Below are positions 1-10,962 of a stretch of 40,623 bases of DNA, one piece after another (positions within the stretch are counted from its first letter, which is position 1; each line of letters opens with the position of its first letter). The DNA is from Octopus bimaculoides (Eukaryota), in NCBI RefSeq assembly GCF_001194135.2, contig NC_068986.1, positions 28,229,731-28,270,353 of the forward strand. Direction: 5' to 3'. A program made the translations under genes and the position numbers. Under the pieces are notes generated by a model. That model searched no databases. It was not told the DNA's origin and was given only the letters and a program-made list of their open reading frames with translations.

Positions 1-235
1 TATATATGCATACATACATACATACATGCATACATATATATATACACACGAAGATATGCGAATATTTTTTATGGTATGTTTATATATAATATATATTATG
101 TATATATATATATTTATATATATACTGTATATATTTATATGTATGTACATATATATGTATATGCATATACATACATATATATATATACATATGTGCGTGT
201 GTGTATACACACAGATGTATGTATGTGTGCATTAT
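1..235. repeat. Compound (TA)n/(TACA)n/(TG)n microsatellite
   Basis: Direct reading; the YIYI/VCVC ORFs here are artefacts. Confidence 0.95.
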
Positions 236-339
236 GTTTTCGCTTTGGCATAATGATACTAATAACTAGTTGTTAGAACTCAATATAGTTAAGAACGCTA
301 GGCATGTACATAGCGTAATACTGGTCTCAAATTTGGGCA

Positions 340-425
340 CATTTGAAATTAGAACGTAAATACTGACGAAATGCCGCTTACCATATTTCCCGGCCTGCTC
401 ACGATTCTGCCGGCTCGCTGCCCTT
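340..425 (-). mobile_element. Degenerate head fragment of tRNA-derived SINE family A
   Basis: Reverse complement resembles the head of the full copy at 17282 (GGCAGCGAGCCGGCAGAATCGT...GGCATTTCGTCAGTATTTACGTTCT). Confidence 0.7.
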
Positions 426-660
426 ACATAGCATAATATTTATGTATGAATGAGAAGGGAACGGGGATTACATAATCACCTTCATTATCTTACAGATGTT
501 TCTGCAATAAGAAACAGTGTATTCAGAGCAGAATGCTCGTGCAACATCCTAGAAGTTGCACATATACCCACCTCCTAGTTCATTGCTTCCTCTTGGAGCA
601 GAAACGGCCGTAAGCTAATGAAAGTAATTACGTGACTCGTGTTCTCGTGTCATTCATATA

Positions 661-782
661 TAGTAATGTCTCGATATGCGAGTTAATTCGTTCCCGGTGA
701 GAGCCACTCGTAAAGTGAATACTCGCAAAACTCGTAAATACGGGATCTCGTAAAGCGAGTACTCGTAAAGTGAAGCATTGTA
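661..782. mobile_element. pogo/Tigger-like MITE with internal CTCGTAAA repeats
   Basis: Imperfect TIRs TAGTAATGTCTCGATATGCGAGT / ACTCGTAAAGTGAAGCATTG in a TA context; CTCG(T/C)AAA at 707, 722, 731, 747 and 762. Confidence 0.6.
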
Positions 783-834
783 TGTGTGTTTGCGCGTGTG
801 TGTGTATGTGTTTGAGCGTGAGTGTGTATATGTG

Positions 835-1115
835 TCTTTGTGTCTGTTTGTCCCCCATCCCACCGCTTGACAACCGGTGTTGGTGCGTTTACATCCTCAG
901 CACTTAATGGTTCGGGGAAAAGAGACCGATATAAGTACTAGGCTTAAAGAAACATAAGTACAGGAGTCGATTCATGGGTCTAAATATTCTTGAAGGCAGT
1001 GCCCCAGCATGGCCGCAATCCAATGGCTAAAACAGGTAAAAGATGGTAGATAAACTGGAAATTGCACTGGTGCTCCAGCATGGCCGCAGTCAAATGACTA
1101 AAACAAGTAAAAGAA
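835..1115 (+). mobile_element. SINE family B, 3' half, with duplicated tail
   Basis: Matches the copies at 23909-24200 and 37881-38190; the tail CCAGCATGGCCGCA...AAACA(A/G)GTAAAAGA occurs twice (about 1000-1043 and 1070-1114). Confidence 0.85.
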
Positions 1116-1371
1116 CGTGTTATGTGTGTGTATGTGTGTGTATATATACATAGGTACACCTACATATGTGTACAAAGGTACGTTGTGTAATGTGAGTATA
1201 TGAGTACGTGGGCGTCTGTACGTGTATAGGTGCAAGTATGCATACATATGTTAACATTTTCCTTCCTTTGTTAAATTATAATTAGTCATGGCCTTCTGAT
1301 GACAAATCAAGTCAACCGTGTTCCATATAAAAACCGGCAGTAAAACGCAAATTTTATTCAGTAGCTATCAA

Positions 1372-1429
<58 letters not shown>
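1372..1429. repeat. (AAT)n microsatellite abutting the 5' end of the RLE element
   Basis: Direct reading. Confidence 0.95.
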
Positions 1430-1430
<1 letters not shown>

Positions 1431-2890
1431 GCCTTAGATATTATGACTGAAAAATGGCATGGAAAACCTCTCAATGGCAAATACCCAAAGAGAGCGAATA
1501 ATGCAGATATTGACAAAGCCCTTACCCACCAATGGTTAATGACCTCTGGCTTGAAATCAGAAACAGAGGGCTTTATCATAGCAGCCCAAGATCAATGCCT
1601 ACCTACAAAGAACTACCAGGCCAACATATTAAAGAACGGCAGCTCCCCATTATGTCGTATATGCCAACAACAAANNNNNNNNNNNNNNNNNNNNNNNNNN
1701 NNNNNNNNNNNNNNNNNNNNNNNNNNNNNNNNNNNNNNNNNNNNNNNNNNNNNNNNNNNNNNNNNNNNNNNNNNNNNNNNNNNNNNNNNNNNNNNNNNNN
1801 NNNNNNNNNNNNNNNNNNNNNNNNNNNNNNNNNNNNNNNNNNNNNNNNNNNNNNNNNNNNNNNNNNNNNNNNNNNNNNNNNNNNNNNNNNNNNNNNNNNN
1901 NNNNNNNNNNNNNNNNNNNNNNNNNNNNNNNNNNNNNNNNNNNNNNNNNNNNNNNNNNNNNNNNNNNNNNNNNNNNNNNNNNNNNNNNNNNNNNNNNNNN
2001 NNNNNNNNNNNNNNNNNNNNNNNNNNNNNNNNNNNNNNNNNNNNNNNNNNNNNNNNNNNNNNNNNNNNNNNNNNNNNNNNNNNNNNNNNNNNNNNNNNNN
2101 NNNNNNNNNNNNNNNNNNNNNNNNNNNNNNNNNNNNNNNNNNNNNNNNNNNNNNNNNNNNNNNNNNNNNNNNNNNNNNNNNNNNNNNNNNNNNNNNNNNN
2201 NNNNNNNNNNNNNNNNNNNNNNNNNNNNNNNNNNNNNNNNNNNNNNNNNNNNNNNNNNNNNNNNNNNNNNNNNNNNNNNNNNNNNNNNNNNNNNNNNNNN
2301 NNNNNNNNNNNNNNNNNNNNNNNNNNNNNNNNNNNNNNNNNNNNNNNNNNNNNNNNNNNNNNNNNNNNNNNNNNNNNNNNNNNNNNNNNNNNNNNNNNNN
2401 NNNNNNNNNNNNNNNNNNNNNNNNNNNNNNNNNNNNNNNNNNNNNNNNNNNNNNNNNNNNNNNNNNNNNNNNNNNNNNNNNNNNNNNNNNNNNNNNNNNN
2501 NNNNNNNNNNNNNNNNNNNNNNNNNNNNNNNNNNNNNNNNNNNNNNNNNNNNNNNNNNNNNNNATGGAAAAACTTTCAAAATACAAAGACCTGGAAATAA
2601 AGATAACTCGAATGTGGAATCTAAAAACAGAAACAATTCCTATCATAGTAGGTGCCTTAGGTATAATAAAAAGATATTCAGACAAATACATAACAAAAAC
2701 ACCAGGACTTACAAATATATATAACATACAGAGAATTGCACTACTGGGTACTGCACACATTCTACGCAAAACACTTTCAATACAGTAAACATAAGAGCAC
2801 CACAGCAAACCACAGCACATACCCAAGGCGCACAGAGCTGCGCTCGGTAGTGAAGTGAAAGCACGTTATAAAAATAAAACTACTGAACAA
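1430..2890 (+). mobile_element. 5'-truncated RLE-type non-LTR retrotransposon (R4/Dong-like), 3' portion; ORF remnant 1443-2788 spans an N gap
   Basis: Post-RT linker W-HGKPLNG...QWL-TSGLKSETEGFIIAAQDQ, start of the CCHC knuckle (CRIC), and after the gap the RLE C-terminus EKLSKYKDLEI...IPIIVGALG...ALLGTAHILRK-stop at 2788, then a ~100 bp 3' UTR running into (AAT)n. Confidence 0.9.
1675..2563. other. Assembly gap (N-run). Other gaps: 7995-8891, 12005-12014, 14019-14796, 18780-19230, 20872-21024, 23410-23908, 28009-28312, 33643-34352, 34824-35408, 38750-39123
   Basis: Direct reading; most gaps are bordered by microsatellites. Confidence 0.99.
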
Positions 2891-3025
2891 TAATAATAAT
2901 GATAATAATAAAATATATATATATATATAAAAATAAAACTACTGAACAATAATAATAATGATAATAATAAAAAAATATATAAAAATAAAACTACTGAACA
3001 ATAATAATAATAATAATGACAATAA
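2867..3025 (+). repeat. Three tandem copies of the RLE 3' terminus TATAAAAATAAAACTACTGAACAATAATAATAAT
   Basis: Copies start at 2867, 2926 and 2978. Confidence 0.9.
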
Positions 3026-4381
3026 TACGTTCTTGGATCATAAATGACACTTACACATATACAAACGTACAAAACAAATATTAACACACAGACACAGACA
3101 CACACCCACACACACGTACAATAACCACTTATACCTGACGTCCCTAATATGCAAGTGACTAATTCGTTTTCTTAAGGTGTAAAGCCTATACAATTGCTAT
3201 AAATATAAATATATGTACATATATGTGCCTATACGCATGCACATGCATATATATATATATGTGTGTGTGTGTACGGTGTGTGTTTGTGTATGTATGCATA
3301 TGTGTGTGTATGTATTTAATTTATATATATGTAATATATAACATGTTACATACATGTGTGTGTGTGCATGGGTGTAATATTGTAATATTATATCATTCTT
3401 ACGTTGAACTTATAACCTCTTACAACCCGTGGTATATCTGTAAAGAGGATGGGGTTGAGATAAAAATTTCTGATACTGAGGTCTCTCTTTCAGTAGGTGT
3501 TGACACTGTAAGAAAACCGAGCCGACGAGGACACCTCCGCACGGTAACTCTACCTGCTAGAAATAACACTTAAATGCTCCACAAAAAACTCCTACCCTCT
3601 AAAATAAGGTAACATAGATGAGGCAATGTCTTAAATAGCTTGCGAAAAGCCGGAAGGGCATGGAGGAATTGCATTTCATTATATCTCCGCTTGATAAGGG
3701 TTGACCTGAAGCAGGGGTTTTTTATCCAGGGTTCCTATGGCCCTTGGGTATACATATAAGAATTTGTTAAGATTTATATGCAATAAATTGCTTATACTTT
3801 TCTACAATGTACAAAATATTTAAGCAATTATAGTATACAATTTTATAATAATTCTGCTTGTCATTCCGTTACTTAGCCCGTCGGTAACGCTTTCACGTGA
3901 TTAGAGAAAAAGAGGGGGAAAGTAAAGAGGAAGAGCCCCAAGAAACAGCTGTTGGATTTATATCACCTTTCTTCTACCCCTTTAATTTTCTCTCTCGTTT
4001 GCGTGCTGTGTGACTTGGATCTATTAATGTAAATATCGATATATCTATGCTTAAATATTCATCGTCTGAAAGTCTCCACCATCTGCTTTCTCTCTTTTGT
4101 CATGTATACATATATTCATAATTTGCATTTCTTACTCAAACTATTATATTTAATATATCTAATTTGTTTATCAACATACATACATGCATACATACATACA
4201 TACATACATACATACATACATACATGCAAACAAAAATTCGAACGCTGTCCGCGGTCCCACGGACAGCATTCAACTTTTTGTATCGACTATTATTTAAAGT
4301 TCAATATTTACATTATATTATTTGTTGCTTTATCTATTTCGAGTTCTCACGTTCATTCGAAGTTTATAAATTCTTGTGACG

Positions 4382-4416
<35 letters not shown>

Positions 4417-4809
4417 TACACACGATATGCATATATATATGCGTACACACGGCACGCACACATATATATATATAATTTTCAATCTTGTCTCTTATCAGCG
4501 TCGCTACGAAAGTAAAATGATTATCGTTAAGGATTAAACCCGGAACTCGGCAAACAGTGTTAAGCGCATAACTAAATAAATTACCGCAACTCGAGATATT
4601 TAAGGCAAAGCAGTTTTCTTTTTTATTTATTCTTTTTTTTTTCGTACATTAGTTTGGTCTGGAGGAAGGGGTTATGTCCGTACCTTTCGCAGACTTTTCA
4701 AGACCAGTGAGAGAGTGGCTGTGAACGTTCTGCTTATACTATCACGAATCGACAGCAATTACTGATATGCATGTGCACAAAGAAAGAAAGAGAGGGAGAG
4801 AGAAAGAGT

Positions 4810-4847
<38 letters not shown>

Positions 4848-4880
4848 GAGAGGGAGAGACTAAAAGAAAGAAAGAAATAA

Positions 4881-5229
4881 AGAGTGTTCCATCGGGAGGT
4901 TGTTCTGGAAAGGTACTTATAGTTGTTTGTGTGGAACCTGGGGGCTGGTAGAGACAACATAGTTGAGGAGAAGAGAAAAGGCAAATGAATCAAGAGTGAT
5001 TCGTTAGAGCCGGCGAGGGATCAGACATTACCAAGAAGCAGTGGCCATAGTAATAGCGGTAGAAAATACAATGAGAGGTTTGTTCGTTTGTGGCTTTATG
5101 CTGATCTGTCGAAAGGCGTTTCTGTATGTTGTCTACGATGTCTGTGCACGAGTATGTAGCAGTAGCAGCAGCAGCACCATTCCGGATGTTGGAGTTATGT
5201 TCTATAGTGAGTCTGCACTAAGCTTTGTA
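4881..5229 (-). pseudogene. Decayed LINE reverse-transcriptase C-terminus (CR1/L2/Jockey group)
   Basis: With frameshifts and stops it reads YKA*CRLTIEHNSNIRNGA...DNIQKR...SHKR...SL..FYRYYYGHC...IHLPF..LSLPAPRFHTNNYKY.SRTTSRWNTL, matching the typical YKAQVRPxLEYxSHIW / FYRYYxGxCS / RTxxxWNxLP pattern. Confidence 0.75.
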
Positions 5230-5359
5230 AACTGTTAGAAGTTAATGAAGACTGAAGTATTTTCTGGACTCTGAAGAGAAAAAAAATCCTGTTTTGGGGT
5301 ACGTAGGGTTTACAAAAATTTTTAATGTGCATTCCTTGGGTGAGAGATTCAGTCATATT

Positions 5360-5570
5360 GATTTAAAATTTTGGCACAAGGCTAGCAGCATCAGGGAAGG
5401 GATAAATAGATTACATCGGTCCCAGGTTTCAACTGGTACTTATTTTATTAACCAGAATGGATAAAAGGCAAAATCGACCTCGGCAAAATTTGAACTCAGA
5501 ACATAAAGACGGAGGAGAGGCCGCTAAGCATTTTGCCCAGTGTGCTAACGATTCTGCCAGCTTGCCGCCC
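5360..5570 (-). mobile_element. tRNA-derived SINE family A, near full length
   Basis: Reverse complement has A-box-like CTGGCAGAATCG and B-box GTTCAAATT. Confidence 0.85.
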
Positions 5571-5622
5571 TCTGAGCTTCAATCAAATTAGGTATACACG
5601 ACACCGAGGTCCCCTCCAATAT

Positions 5623-6020
5623 ATACTGAGCTACGGAACAGCCATAAGCCAATGAAGAAGCTTCTTTCTGATCCTTATATATTCTTGAAATAATAGCTAA
5701 ATTCACTCGCCTTATATACATTGTCGTTGGAGAATAAAGAATATTTGTCTCTTCTAGCGGATACTGACCCACGTAACTGCCATGAGCCAATGATGAAGTC
5801 CCTTCATAGTTCTTAGTCGTGCTCGAAATAACAGTCAAATAACGGTCATTCCCGACACAGTAATACAAGATATTTGTGACGTCGATGTCACTGACCCGTG
5901 TAACTGACCCGCGTAACTATCACAATTCAATGAGGGGGTCTCTTTGTGGTCTTCATATATGCTTGAAATAGTAACCAACTGTCTCCCTCAGTCTACATCC
6001 CATTGTCTTAAAATATTTAA
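5623..6020 (+). repeat. Degenerate tandem trimer of a ~130-140 bp unit
   Basis: Units at about 5623, 5761 and 5889 share ACTGA(G/C)C..CG(G/T)AAC...CAATGA...GAAATA...ATATTT. Confidence 0.65.
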
Positions 6021-6799
6021 GAGTAGAGAACATTAGCCATTATAATTCTGCAGACAAGTTCATACCTGGCATATGTAGAAATACGAGACTTGAACAGATT
6101 ATACTCAGCTGATGAGATCTAACTACTTGATACACGTCCATAGTTGTCTTTCCTTTGCAAACAAAGATAAGACTTCCCCTAGACTTGTAAACTATCTTTT
6201 GGATCCACTTATGCATGGCGTTAGATCTTTGTTTTCTTCCTCCAAATGGATTTTGATTAATCGAATTTTTTTTTCTCACGGTATTTAGTAGATCGCCTCT
6301 TATCTAATCTTATGCAGATACCTCACATCTATTGTTCAATGTGTCACGTTTTAAGTGAACGTTTATCACATAATTGCTATTTCTAACCGTAACTATTCAA
6401 TTGTAATTGAGGGAGAAATTGCTGTGACTTTCCCTATTTAACTTATAACGCGTGGTTCTCGTTTCAAAGACGATAATGCGTTTCTTTATTACGAACTTTT
6501 CAATCGTATGGAGCAGAAACCAGGTGGAACAAGTTCGTAACACTCCCAGCGTTGTGCGCTACACACACACACACACACACACATACACGTACAACGTACA
6601 CACACACAGATGCATATATGCAAACATTCTCTCTGTCGTTCTTTCTCGCTCTTTCTCGCTCTTTTTCTCTTTCTCTCTCTCGCTCTCTTTTTCAAATATT
6701 TGAAATGTTTAGATATTTAAAACACCGTGTCTAACCAAGTATTCATATAATAATATAAAGCCTTATATATACGTGGGTATAATGTCATGTTGATTTACA

Positions 6800-6863
6800 T
6801 CTATCTATCTGTCTGTCTATCTGTCTGTCTGTCAGTCTGTCTGTCTGTCTGTCTGTCTGTCTT

Positions 6864-6927
<64 letters not shown>

Positions 6928-6939
6928 CCTACCTATCTA

Positions 6940-7006
<67 letters not shown>

Positions 7007-7008
7007 GC
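6800..7008. repeat. Compound (ATCT)n/(GTCT)n microsatellite; similar arrays at 13735-13980, 28665-28800 (opposite strand), 34640-34725 and 35660-35890
   Basis: Direct reading. Confidence 0.95.
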
Positions 7009-7198
7009 GTTTCTTTTTTTTCTTCTTTCCACGATTCCTTTTGATCGAAATCCCCACCCTTTTTTCTCTCTCTCCCCGCCCCAAAGAAAAGCTCTACATT
7101 GTATTTTGTCCATTTTCTGTATTTAGCCCTGTGTGGCCATAATAAAAAGATATCTATCTATATGCGTATATACATACATACATACATGCACATATGTA

Positions 7199-7390
7199 TT
7201 TACTCTTTTAGTCTTTTACGCGTTTCAGTCATTTGCTCCATGCTGGAGCACCACCTTTAGTCGAAGAATTCGACCCCTGGACTAATTCTTTGTAAGCCTA
7301 GTACTTATTCTATAGGTGTCTTTTGCCCAACCGCTAGGTTTCGGCCGCATAAACACACCAACATCGCTTGTCAAGCGATGGTGGGGGAAC
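7199..7390 (-). mobile_element. SINE family B, 3' half
   Basis: Reverse complement of the family B tail and central block. Confidence 0.85.
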
Positions 7391-7435
7391 GCAAAGACAC
7401 ACACATAAATATATATGCATATATATGTATATATA

Positions 7436-7978
7436 TAGTTGAAATTTACAGAAAAACAAAAGACGAAGATAGGTGTATTAGTTTGACGCTCGGGTGGGTA
7501 GGAGTGAAGAGAGGAAGTAGGTGGCAGATGAAGCGAAGAGAGGACAGGAGTCAAATGAAGAGGGGAAGGGGATTTGAATCCATGTGAATCAAAAGAGTGA
7601 AGAGAGATCAAATTCTGTTCACGGCGAAGACGGGAGTCCGGATGGCCTCTGTGCAAAGACAATCTGAACACAGACAGGTGTTGTAATGAATGACTGGTAG
7701 AGGGAAATGGCGTGAGACCAGGGTGTCATTGCTGAGTCTAATGTCTTGGAGGTGCTCCGCGAACCGGTCAGCCAAGTCGCGTCTCGTTTGACCGATGTAT
7801 GGAGAAGGGTAGAAAGAGCAGAAGATGCAGTAAATGACGTTGCTAGAAGTGCAGATAAAGGAATAAGTGATATGATACGAGACGATGATGGGCGCCTGTG
7901 AGGATGGTGGTGTTGGAGAGGTAGCGGCAAGTGCGGCAGCATGGGCAGGAGCTGAGGACGAGCCAGGTTGGGAGGTGG
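7436..7978 (-). mobile_element. Penelope-like element 3' fragment (Cys-rich linker + GIY-YIG endonuclease + pseudo-LTR end), frameshifted
   Basis: SCPCCRTCRYLSNTT, then FICTSSNVIYCIFC..YIGQTRRDLADRFAEHLQDIRL..DTLVSRHF, then HSLQHLSVF.L.LHRG..DSRLRREQNLI in three frames; its terminus is shared with 26050-26110. Confidence 0.9.
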
Positions 7979-9321
7979 GGTATGTATATATATANNNNNN
8001 NNNNNNNNNNNNNNNNNNNNNNNNNNNNNNNNNNNNNNNNNNNNNNNNNNNNNNNNNNNNNNNNNNNNNNNNNNNNNNNNNNNNNNNNNNNNNNNNNNNN
8101 NNNNNNNNNNNNNNNNNNNNNNNNNNNNNNNNNNNNNNNNNNNNNNNNNNNNNNNNNNNNNNNNNNNNNNNNNNNNNNNNNNNNNNNNNNNNNNNNNNNN
8201 NNNNNNNNNNNNNNNNNNNNNNNNNNNNNNNNNNNNNNNNNNNNNNNNNNNNNNNNNNNNNNNNNNNNNNNNNNNNNNNNNNNNNNNNNNNNNNNNNNNN
8301 NNNNNNNNNNNNNNNNNNNNNNNNNNNNNNNNNNNNNNNNNNNNNNNNNNNNNNNNNNNNNNNNNNNNNNNNNNNNNNNNNNNNNNNNNNNNNNNNNNNN
8401 NNNNNNNNNNNNNNNNNNNNNNNNNNNNNNNNNNNNNNNNNNNNNNNNNNNNNNNNNNNNNNNNNNNNNNNNNNNNNNNNNNNNNNNNNNNNNNNNNNNN
8501 NNNNNNNNNNNNNNNNNNNNNNNNNNNNNNNNNNNNNNNNNNNNNNNNNNNNNNNNNNNNNNNNNNNNNNNNNNNNNNNNNNNNNNNNNNNNNNNNNNNN
8601 NNNNNNNNNNNNNNNNNNNNNNNNNNNNNNNNNNNNNNNNNNNNNNNNNNNNNNNNNNNNNNNNNNNNNNNNNNNNNNNNNNNNNNNNNNNNNNNNNNNN
8701 NNNNNNNNNNNNNNNNNNNNNNNNNNNNNNNNNNNNNNNNNNNNNNNNNNNNNNNNNNNNNNNNNNNNNNNNNNNNNNNNNNNNNNNNNNNNNNNNNNNN
8801 NNNNNNNNNNNNNNNNNNNNNNNNNNNNNNNNNNNNNNNNNNNNNNNNNNNNNNNNNNNNNNNNNNNNNNNNNNNNNNNNNNNNNNNNNNNTATACACGG
8901 TGGTGCACCAGCATGACCGCAGCCACTTGGCTGAAACACATAAATAAATAAAAAATACACGCAACACACCCGAACCCAGCCACACACACGAAATATTTGC
9001 CTTAGTGCGTTCGGCAATGTGTTACTAATTTCTTTATTCAAAACTATGACTAATACCAGAGCAGTATAATGGCAGAAATGGCAGAATTGTGTGTGAATCG
9101 GCGGTTGACATTAATTTTCTTCCTCCATGAGTTTATAAAATAAGCACCAGTTCAACTAGTGAGGATAATATAAACAACTATACACTCCCTTTAAAAAAAA
9201 AGTGTGGTCTCGTGTCTATGTCAGACATGCGTATTTGTGATATACAGAGAGTCAGGTGAGATTGGCAAAATATGTAGAGCTTTAGACAAAGCGTGTTGTG
9301 ATATGCATTAATATATACATA

Positions 9322-9531
9322 TGAAAGGGTGCTGAAAAGTTCCTGGCTTTGGGTAAAAGAAAATACAGGAGGATCAGTTGATAATGATTTTATTCAACAT
9401 ATTCCCTTTATAGGTTAACTTATTGCAGCAGTCCTTCAGTTTTGCGAAGCCCTGAAGAACTCGGAAAGTTGGGCCTCCAACCAGGTCTTTCGCGACACCC
9501 TTAAAGCCAAGACCTTTTCAGCACCCTCTCG
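9322..9531. mobile_element. Mariner-type MITE (210 bp) with TA target-site duplication
   Basis: TATGAAAGGGTGCTGAAAAGTTCCTGGCTTT versus the reverse complement of the right end TACGAGAGGGTGCTGAAAAGGTCTTGGCTTT (27/31 including TA); TA at 9320-9321 and 9532-9533. Confidence 0.9.
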
Positions 9532-9536
9532 TACAT

Positions 9537-9595
<59 letters not shown>

Positions 9596-9719
9596 TGAAT
9601 ATACATTCATATAAACAGATACTGGAAAGGTTAAGAGGTTTTACACAAGTAAATCTATATTAAAAACAAAACACAAAACAAAAAGATAATGCTTAGAGAG
9701 CTTCACCGTGAAACAGGAA

Positions 9720-9865
9720 GGAGTACGGTCAGACATTTATTTGTTAATCACTACAATTGTTTCCACGCAACGTAGTTCTTCAGGCGTGCAGGTACTTGAT
9801 TATGCAACCGTTTCCCTGCATTATGAGTTCTAGTTGTGTTTCCTCAGGCGATATGCAAATATTGT
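9720..9865 (-). mobile_element. Dispersed repeat with two hammerhead-like CUGAnGA...GAAA motifs (Penelope pLTR-like), copy 1
   Basis: Aligns in inverted orientation with 11498-11627; carries CTGAGGA...GAAA and CTGAAGA...GAAACAATTGTA. Confidence 0.6.
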
Positions 9866-9997
9866 CTTTATAAGTTCAAATTCTCGCAATTCTCAATATA
9901 TACGTGTGCTGGAGATTCCAATAAGTACATTATCTCCCTTGGCTAGGGGGCTCTCCATGCAGACAATTCTACTTCCGCGGACTACCCACGCCATTGT

Positions 9998-10530
9998 GTG
10001 TCATGTCACATCAAGAATATTAAGCGACTCGAGTTAAAGAATTGTTTGCGATTACATGGACAGTATGTTACTGGAAAAAAGGCGGATTTGGTTGAAAGGT
10101 TAAAAGGTATTAAAATTCTTTCGATAAAGAACGTCAATGAATTAAAATCAACAGACGGGAAGTGTACTTCAGACCGGAATAAGCAGAAACTTGTATCTCC
10201 TCTCGGTGAAGTTTTACCTGATCCTAATGTGCTGAAATCAGATTGGACTAAGATCTTCATAAGTTGCCGAAATTTACTGATGATGACGTTTACAACTGCC
10301 TTGTGCTACGGATGAAGGCAAGGCGACAATTAAGAAGTCGCATATTTTACCATGACAGACACGTCCACAATATTGAATATTATGATGTTACCGAAAACTG
10401 CTCTCACTGCATTGTCCGGTGTCTGGTAATGCCGTCAATACTAACATCTAACAAAAAGAACAATCCTGATCACAGTGTCAAAGGTCACTGGCAATGTGCA
10501 TTCAGCTGATTGCAACTGCACTACAGGGAA
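9998..10530 (+). pseudogene. SAP domain + SWIM zinc-finger N-terminal remnant (YqaJ/lambda-exonuclease-type accessory gene of the transposon)
   Basis: ELKNCLRLHGQYVTGKKADLVERL (SAP); a frameshift, then PKFTDDDVYN...HVHN...CIVRCLVMPS...PDHSV; another shift, then KVTGNVHSADCNCTTG (SWIM start). No exonuclease residues remain. Confidence 0.75.
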
Positions 10531-10722
10531 AGAGCTTGTTTAATTATTTTGACTTTTTTCCCTTGTATAATAAATTGTATTTTTTATGGATGTAAATAAA
10601 TAAGTGCATAATTAAAACAATAAATAATAAATAAATGAGACTTAATTTTGAATATTTTTTTATCCCTATCATATTTATCAAATACAAATGCACAGTCACA
10701 TACATATATCTCTGAAGTTTAT

Positions 10723-10962
10723 CTAATAAACGGATGGCAAGGGGTGATCTGTCGGTGGTCCATTAGAATTGACGAAATACTGGGAGCAAATCTGGCTATT
10801 TGCAGTGCAAACAAAGTTTTTCCTCACAAGTCTCGATGTCTGAAACCAAATATGACGAATAGCGACGTTTGTAGGGGATCTATGAAGGGAAATAACTTTG
10901 CCGCCTAAATTCTTCCCTCTATAATTACTGCATATAGAACAGTATTTCTTCAGGGACATCAT
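10723..10962 (-). pseudogene. THAP zinc-finger N-terminal remnant of the transposase
   Basis: YCSICSNY...SLHRSP...W...RKNF...SQICSQYF...HPLPSV; C2CH pattern with the His replaced by Tyr; no DDE domain left. Confidence 0.8.

Noticed and set aside
3711-3860. hAT-like MITE starting CAGGGGTTTT
   Set aside because: No matching right TIR or 8-bp TSD found.
5270-5345. Possible remnant related to the 21105 hammerhead repeat
   Set aside because: Only weak AT-rich similarity; no complete core on either strand.
6105-6145. CAGCTGATGAGATC...CACGTC as a hammerhead
   Set aside because: The GAAA half of the core is absent.
6489-6540. 10-bp inverted repeat TTACGAACTT/AAGTTCGTAA; also GATTGGTC/GACCAATC at 38333-38366
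   Set aside because: Too short to distinguish from chance in 40 kb.
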